Below the pieces are notes generated by a model. That model did not search any database and was not told the origin of the DNA. It saw only the letters and a list, made by a program, of their open reading frames with translations. Below, one piece after another: positions 27,897-32,000 of a stretch of DNA of 32,000 nt; the first letter of the stretch is position 1, and each line of letters opens with the position of its first letter. This DNA is from Haloquadratum walsbyi C23 (lineage in GTDB: Archaea > Halobacteriota > Halobacteria > Halobacteriales > Haloferacaceae). Where the stretch lies: assembly GCF_000237865.1 (NCBI RefSeq), contig NC_017459.1, forward strand, positions 1,200,001 to 1,232,000, written 5' to 3'. The position numbers were made by a program, and so were the translations under genes.

Positions 27897-28633
27897 CAAC
27901 TGCAAATCAAAAAGAGTTCGGTGAAACATGGGTGTATGAAAGTATTATCAGCGCACTTCCTGGTATCGATATCCCGAATACCCTTGCGATTGGAATTCAA
28001 CTTGTCTTTTTCGAGACAGCAGTTCTTGCCTTCGCAGTGTGGGATAATAATGGCGCGATTGCAATCGTTGGGAGTGCTGCGGTTCTGCTTGCCACACTCG
28101 GTAGTGTCGAGATGCTCCGTATCAGTCGGCTTGTCCGCTCGCGGGCAGTACCAACAAGCTATAAGCGGTTATTGTTTGGTTCAAAGGTAGAGACTGTTCT
28201 GGGAGTGTTGGTTTATGTGGCACTTATCACCCATCTGTTTGTATTTGAGCCCCAACAGAGTGTACGACCGTTATTGCATTCGCTTCTCGGAGCGAACCCA
28301 CCAATTGTTGTCATGTATGTGCTTTTGCTCGTTGGGTGGGATATCTCATATCGCATTGGGACGAACTGGTGGGCAAGCTTGCTTGGACTTTGGCGAGCAG
28401 GTCGGTACCGAATTTCAAATGAGGGTTCGCATGAATTTAATCTTGATCCAGAAACGGCTCGCCTTCTTCGCCGTGCAGACTCTGAAACAGCACTTTTTGG
28501 TCTGCTCCAACTATCGATCGCTCCCGTTCTGAAAACAGGGTCAGTACTTCAAAATGTCCTGATCATCCACGTCATTGCTGTTGTTATTGTCTCTGGGACA
28601 GCAGCGATATTAATGAGTCCAAGCTTCCATTGA
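27893..28633 (+). CDS. Polytopic membrane protein of unknown function
   Basis: 246 aa with about 6 hydrophobic helices. Its start overlaps the stop of the preceding NAD(P)-binding protein gene (ATGA at 27893..27896), implying co-translation. Confidence 0.7.
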   Translation: MTTANQKEFGETWVYESIISALPGIDIPNTLAIGIQLVFFETAVLAFAVWDNNGAIAIVGSAAVLLATLGSVEMLRISRLVRSRAVPTSYKRLLFGSKVETVLGVLVYVALITHLFVFEPQQSVRPLLHSLLGANPPIVVMYVLLLVGWDISYRIGTNWWASLLGLWRAGRYRISNEGSHEFNLDPETARLLRRADSETALFGLLQLSIAPVLKTGSVLQNVLIIHVIAVVIVSGTAAILMSPSFH

Positions 28634-28723
28634 TGTTGTCGTCTATCGGTGTTTTCTCATCAAACTCAAAAGAAAGACTCCCTGAGCAAGCAGTGATTCT
28701 CTAAGAGAATAGGCTAGGACAGT

Positions 28724-29431
28724 TTACATAGACCGCTGCGCGACCACTGAGAGATAGCCAATACGATCCTCTGCAACAGCGGCTTCCGCTTCGTGAATTC
28801 CATCAAGTAACCGCCGTCCGCGCTCACCGAGCAGTCCAAGTATTTGTTCATAATCAACTTTCTTTTCTAATTTCTCTTGCATCGCTAAGATGTCATCACG
28901 ATGGTTCTGAACGTCTATCACGTCATATCCAGCCGCTTCAATTGCCTCGATTGTTCCCTGTCGACTGCGGCTGGATTCTAAACAGAGTCCAGTGGTAATT
29001 GGGGCTGGTAAATCAGGCAGTTGTCCCTCAACAGTCACATCTGAAAGCGCAAGATATCCGTCTGGCTCGACGATTCGAGCCGTTTCAGTGAGTGCGGTTT
29101 CATGTTGTTCAGTGAGACACATTACACATTCTGCAAGCACGACCTCGACGCTATTATTTGAAAGCGGAAGCTGTCGCATATCACCGCGGACGGTCTCTCT
29201 CCCGCTTGGTGAACGATCAACTCCCACAACATTAGCCCCACGGTCACGCGCTATGGAGAGCGACGTACCGGCTCCACAGCCAATGTCAGCAACTTGCGTT
29301 CCTGTAGTTACCGCGGCGCGATCTAACAGCTCCTCTGTTGCCTCGCGACCGCCTGGGTGAAGCGGATCATCAAGAATGCTGCGAAGCGTATCCCATGGGT
29401 TTGCAAGCGCAGTCTCAAGCATTCCCTGCAT
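28724..29431 (-). CDS. Class I SAM-dependent methyltransferase, ArsM/UbiE-like (Methyltransf_11/31-type)
   Basis: SAM motif I VADIGCGAGTSL, motif II-like VVGVDRS, and post-motif VEVVLAECVMCL resembling the ArsM-type ..SNCVINL segment. A conserved-looking Cys lies in GLCLES, followed by AAGYDVIDV. The first ATG is at 29431 (MQGMLETA...); the track start at 29443 is GTG. This ATG lies 1 nt after the radical SAM gene's stop codon. Confidence 0.88.
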   Translation of the reverse strand: MQGMLETALANPWDTLRSILDDPLHPGGREATEELLDRAAVTTGTQVADIGCGAGTSLSIARDRGANVVGVDRSPSGRETVRGDMRQLPLSNNSVEVVLAECVMCLTEQHETALTETARIVEPDGYLALSDVTVEGQLPDLPAPITTGLCLESSRSRQGTIEAIEAAGYDVIDVQNHRDDILAMQEKLEKKVDYEQILGLLGERGRRLLDGIHEAEAAVAEDRIGYLSVVAQRSM

Positions 29432-29432
29432 A

Positions 29433-30878
29433 TTATTCACCACGTGATGCTGATTGATCGGTGACTTCTATTGCCTCAGTGACACTGGAATCCTGCTCAG
29501 CATCCTCAACAGAACACCCAGCGTCATCATCAATAGGTAATGGCTCATTGACTCCTGGTCTCCCTCCCCAGTTGTTTCGATTCCGAAGTGCATATTCACC
29601 GTCATCAGTCGTCATATTATATCCACAAAATGGGACTAATTCACCATCTTCGGTCGGCACAGAAATACAGCAATTATCTAATCGACCGGCATCGGCAGCA
29701 TCGGCATCCATGAACCCGGTTAATGATATTGGAAGCACACGATCAAGCATTTCATCCGCGCCTGCTGGGAGCGAAGGAGCATCTCCTCCACAACAATTAG
29801 CCGTCTGACAGGCAGCCTCACCACCAGCCGGAGTTTTTGCAATTAATTCCATCCAGTCACTTTCATCAACCAGACCAGATATGTTAGTGAACAGATCCGC
29901 TGAGAGGAACTTTGTCACTGGAACTGGACCCTGTTCACTAGGGAGTAACCCAGTGGCTGATTGACAGTATGCCGAACAGCACGGAACGGGCATGAGATCC
30001 CGTGGCTCAATCACTTCAAATCCCTCAGCAAGACGTTTCGCAGCCGTATCTAATGAGAATCGACCGTCATTCGTCTCATACCGACCAAAGTGAGCCACCG
30101 GCTGGAAATTGACGGACTCAACAATATCGCGATTTTCTAATGCATATCGAACAATATCTCCCATCTCGTGATCATTCGTGCCAGGAACAATTGTCGGTAC
30201 TAATACAACAGAGAGTCCAGCTTCTCGACAGGTCTTGACTGCTTCACGCTTAAGATCGGCTAAGTCAACCCCTCGGATTGCTTCATATGTCTCTGATTGA
30301 AGCCCATCGAATTGTAGATATATCGCAGTAACCCCAGCGTCAGAGAGTCGACTGGCATACCCCTTTTTTTCAACAAGCTCAATACCATTTGTGTTGATTT
30401 GAATGTGTTCGAATCCCATCTGAACTGCTCGTTCAACAATCTCTGGGAGGTCATCGCGAACTGTCGGCTCACCACCAGAGAACTGAATCGGTCGTGGACC
30501 ACCACTCTTTACAATTGTCTGTAACAATTTTTCAACAGTCTCGAATGATCGATGTGTCCCACCGGGTCCCGAACTTGCAAAGCAGAATGAACATGAAAGA
30601 TTGCAGTCAGAGGTCACCTCAATGACTGCCAGACAAGCGTGGTCATTACTGACAGTGAAATCCCCATCCGGATTAAATTCGGCATCAGGTTGAAATTGCT
30701 TTGCCCACTCCCAGTGATCAAGTGAATCCCAAACTTTCCGTGTCGTCTCACCGTGCTCTGGACATTCACGATGAAGATACACTGAGCTATCATCGGTGAC
30801 ATATTCACCCGGAATGAGAGTAAGACAACTCGGACAGAGGCTTGTCGTTGACTCCAGTCTCCGTTTGATTTGACTCAT
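29433..30878 (-). CDS. Radical SAM enzyme of the COG1964 / class-D methylase / Tes / GDGT-MAS-like family (N-terminal rubredoxin-like knuckle, CX3CX2C core, Cys-rich C-terminal auxiliary-cluster region)
   Basis: CPSC...ECPEHG N-terminal metal knuckle; radical SAM motif DCNLSCSFCFAS; FSGGEPT; NTNG. C-terminal Cys clusters are PCCSAYC, ACQTANCCGG and LTGFMDADAADAGRLDNCCISVPTEDGELVPFCGYN (compare the family ending hFMD...FD..R...CC......G...PFC.YN). The 92 N-terminal residues of the track ORF look non-coding, so the start is most likely MSQIKRR (ATG 30878) or MRIDMSQ (ATG 30890). Confidence 0.9.
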   Translation of the reverse strand: MSQIKRRLESTTSLCPSCLTLIPGEYVTDDSSVYLHRECPEHGETTRKVWDSLDHWEWAKQFQPDAEFNPDGDFTVSNDHACLAVIEVTSDCNLSCSFCFASSGPGGTHRSFETVEKLLQTIVKSGGPRPIQFSGGEPTVRDDLPEIVERAVQMGFEHIQINTNGIELVEKKGYASRLSDAGVTAIYLQFDGLQSETYEAIRGVDLADLKREAVKTCREAGLSVVLVPTIVPGTNDHEMGDIVRYALENRDIVESVNFQPVAHFGRYETNDGRFSLDTAAKRLAEGFEVIEPRDLMPVPCCSAYCQSATGLLPSEQGPVPVTKFLSADLFTNISGLVDESDWMELIAKTPAGGEAACQTANCCGGDAPSLPAGADEMLDRVLPISLTGFMDADAADAGRLDNCCISVPTEDGELVPFCGYNMTTDDGEYALRNRNNWGGRPGVNEPLPIDDDAGCSVEDAEQDSSVTEAIEVTDQSASRGE

Positions 30879-30890
30879 ATCAATTCGCAT

Positions 30891-30976
30891 TGTGGGAAGA
30901 ATATATACGTTATTCCTATGTGAAATATATACAATTGTGGCGAAGCAAAATATATCTTCAACGTATATATTCATGT
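30891..30976. promoter_or_regulatory. Divergent promoter region with four TATA-like boxes and a perfect 12-bp inverted repeat
   Basis: gaatatatacgt (30899..30910) and acgtatatattc (30961..30972) are exact reverse complements. Two more boxes lie between them: aaatatatac (~30924) and aaaatatatc (~30948). The left box is centred ~26 nt from ATG 30878 (minus strand), and the ~30952 box lies ~26 nt from ATG 30977 (plus strand). This spacing is as expected for leaderless haloarchaeal transcripts. Confidence 0.45.
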
Positions 30977-31498
30977 ATGATACACGAGGACCTGACAATA
31001 TCTGTGTCTTCGGACCCTGCTCAGGAGCTAGTCGAATCAAATGAACCAACACAGGAGATGACGCATCATATATCTCATAACGAGAAGTCAAAAGAACACT
31101 TGAGCGATTCACCGTCGCCTCCGGTGGCATCGCTGTTACCATGGCGGTCATCTGGACCGGAGTCAAGATCGAAGTCTAAATTTGGGTCTGGATCTGAATC
31201 TGATATCGAGATTAAATTATATATCGTGACTGGATACCATGGAAAGCTCAAAATCCCGGAGAGCTTCTGTCGGGAGTGCAACTTGTTTGTCCAAGCCGCA
31301 GATGCTGCGGCCGCACAGGTTGATGTCGATGTAGATGTATCAGTTGTCTCGTGGTGGACACACTTTCCTTTTGCACTTCGCTATGGTGGCTATCATCCGC
31401 CCGTTATCGTTGTTGAGGGGACTCGTCTTTCACAGGGACACCAGGTTCCGACAACAGAGTCGGTTGTTGAGGCAATTAAGAAATCAATGAATCGATAA
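30977..31498 (+). CDS. Thioredoxin/glutaredoxin-fold protein with a CxxC motif (CREC); start uncertain
   Basis: The C-terminal ~100 aa read IEIKLYIVTGYHGKLKIPESFCRECNLFVQAADAAAAQV...GGYHPPVIVVEGTRLSQGHQVPTTESVVEAIKK. This gives beta1, a CxxC loop, alpha1 and a cis-Pro-like PPV followed by beta strands, typical of a Trx fold. Upstream in-frame ATGs at 30977 and 31058 would add a Ser/Pro/Lys-rich tail that looks disordered. No ATG lies close to the fold. Confidence 0.55.
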   Translation: MIHEDLTISVSSDPAQELVESNEPTQEMTHHISHNEKSKEHLSDSPSPPVASLLPWRSSGPESRSKSKFGSGSESDIEIKLYIVTGYHGKLKIPESFCRECNLFVQAADAAAAQVDVDVDVSVVSWWTHFPFALRYGGYHPPVIVVEGTRLSQGHQVPTTESVVEAIKKSMNR

Positions 31499-31528
31499 TA
31501 TAAAGCCTCATGAGGGACTCTTTTTCGT

Positions 31529-32000
31529 ATGTCAACTCGACTAACTGATTTTTCATTACCTAATGTATCTGCTGGACCGGACCCGTTTTCGGTAGCTACA
31601 TTATCGGAGGAGATTGAGTTTGTCGTTCTCTTTTTTCAACGTGATCACTATTGCACCAACTGTCGTAAACAGGTACAAGCAATCGCCGAACAAATAGATG
31701 CCTTTCACGAGCATAACGCAGAAGCTGTTTCGATCGTCCCTGAGCCTGTCGAGCGTGTCGCAGAATGGCAGTCGAAATATGATCTTCCATATCCACTATT
31801 AGCCGATCCAGCAGCCGAAACTGGAGAGGCTTATGACCAACCTGTTCGGTTTGGAATATTAGGACGATTCAGCGACTTCTTCGGTCGGATGCCAGCGGTT
31901 GTCATTCTCGATCGTCGTCTCTCACCAACGGAAATTGCGTATACATATAAAGGAAGTTCAACGTTTGATCGACCTGATATTAAGACCCTTCTCACTGAAT
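31529..32000 (+). CDS. Peroxiredoxin/AhpC-TSA (redoxin)-like thioredoxin-fold protein, 3'-truncated by the window edge
   Basis: Absent from the ORF track because it is edge-truncated. ATG 31529 opens a frame that stays open to 32000: MSTRLTDFSLPNVSAGPDPFSVATLSEEIEFVVLFFQRDHYCTNCRKQVQAIAEQIDAFHEHNAEAVSIVPEPVERVAEWQSKYDLPYPLLADPAAETGEAYDQPV...VVILDRR. This matches the AhpC/TSA layout (F.LP...G..........vvLfF.....C..C..q.......fe..g..vv.IS.d......w......l.fplLsD......y.v), with a CTNC pair. Confidence 0.7.
   Translation, partial: MSTRLTDFSLPNVSAGPDPFSVATLSEEIEFVVLFFQRDHYCTNCRKQVQAIAEQIDAFHEHNAEAVSIVPEPVERVAEWQSKYDLPYPLLADPAAETGEAYDQPVRFGILGRFSDFFGRMPAVVILDRRLSPTEIAYTYKGSSTFDRPDIKTLLTE

Noticed and set aside
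30891-31166. 92-residue N-terminal extension of the radical SAM ORF (track start 31166).
   Set aside because: The translation (MTPVQMTAMVTAMPPEATVNRSSVLL...) lacks coding character and runs through the TATA-rich divergent promoter. It also overlaps the opposite-strand ORF. The conserved CPSC knuckle begins right after the internal ATGs at 30890 and 30878.

Overview
The window looks like chromosomal DNA from a low-GC haloarchaeon. The proteins are strongly acidic, there is a near-canonical halophilic plant-type 2Fe-2S ferredoxin, SBP signal peptides are Tat/lipobox type, and intergenic spacers are long and AT-rich. This resembles Haloquadratum, but that is inference only. Most genes are housekeeping or metabolic: an aldehyde dehydrogenase, SfsA, a 4-gene NitT/TauT-type ABC transporter operon, a pncB-larB pair, a saccharopine-dehydrogenase-like oxidoreductase, a 934-aa XPD/DinG-type helicase, an SDR, a LOG/TIGR00725-like protein and a ferredoxin. 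One intact IS element (2749..4033) has terminal inverted repeats and an 8-bp target duplication. No rRNA, tRNA or CRISPR array was found. The most system-like locus is at the right end (28.7-32.0 kb). There, a Tes/GDGT-MAS-type multi-cluster radical SAM enzyme has its stop 1 nt from the start of an ArsM-like methyltransferase. This pair is divergent, across a symmetric TATA-rich promoter, from a CxxC thioredoxin-fold protein and a peroxiredoxin-like protein. Three other regions deserve a second look. One is a ~2-kb ORF-free AT-rich tract (16.1-18.1 kb) with an embedded GC-rich, hairpin-dense island. The second is an adjacent wHTH + metallophosphoesterase pair. The third is a beta-CASP nuclease / small beta-rich protein / degenerate dUTPase-like trio. 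All family calls come from motif recognition by eye; no database search was run.
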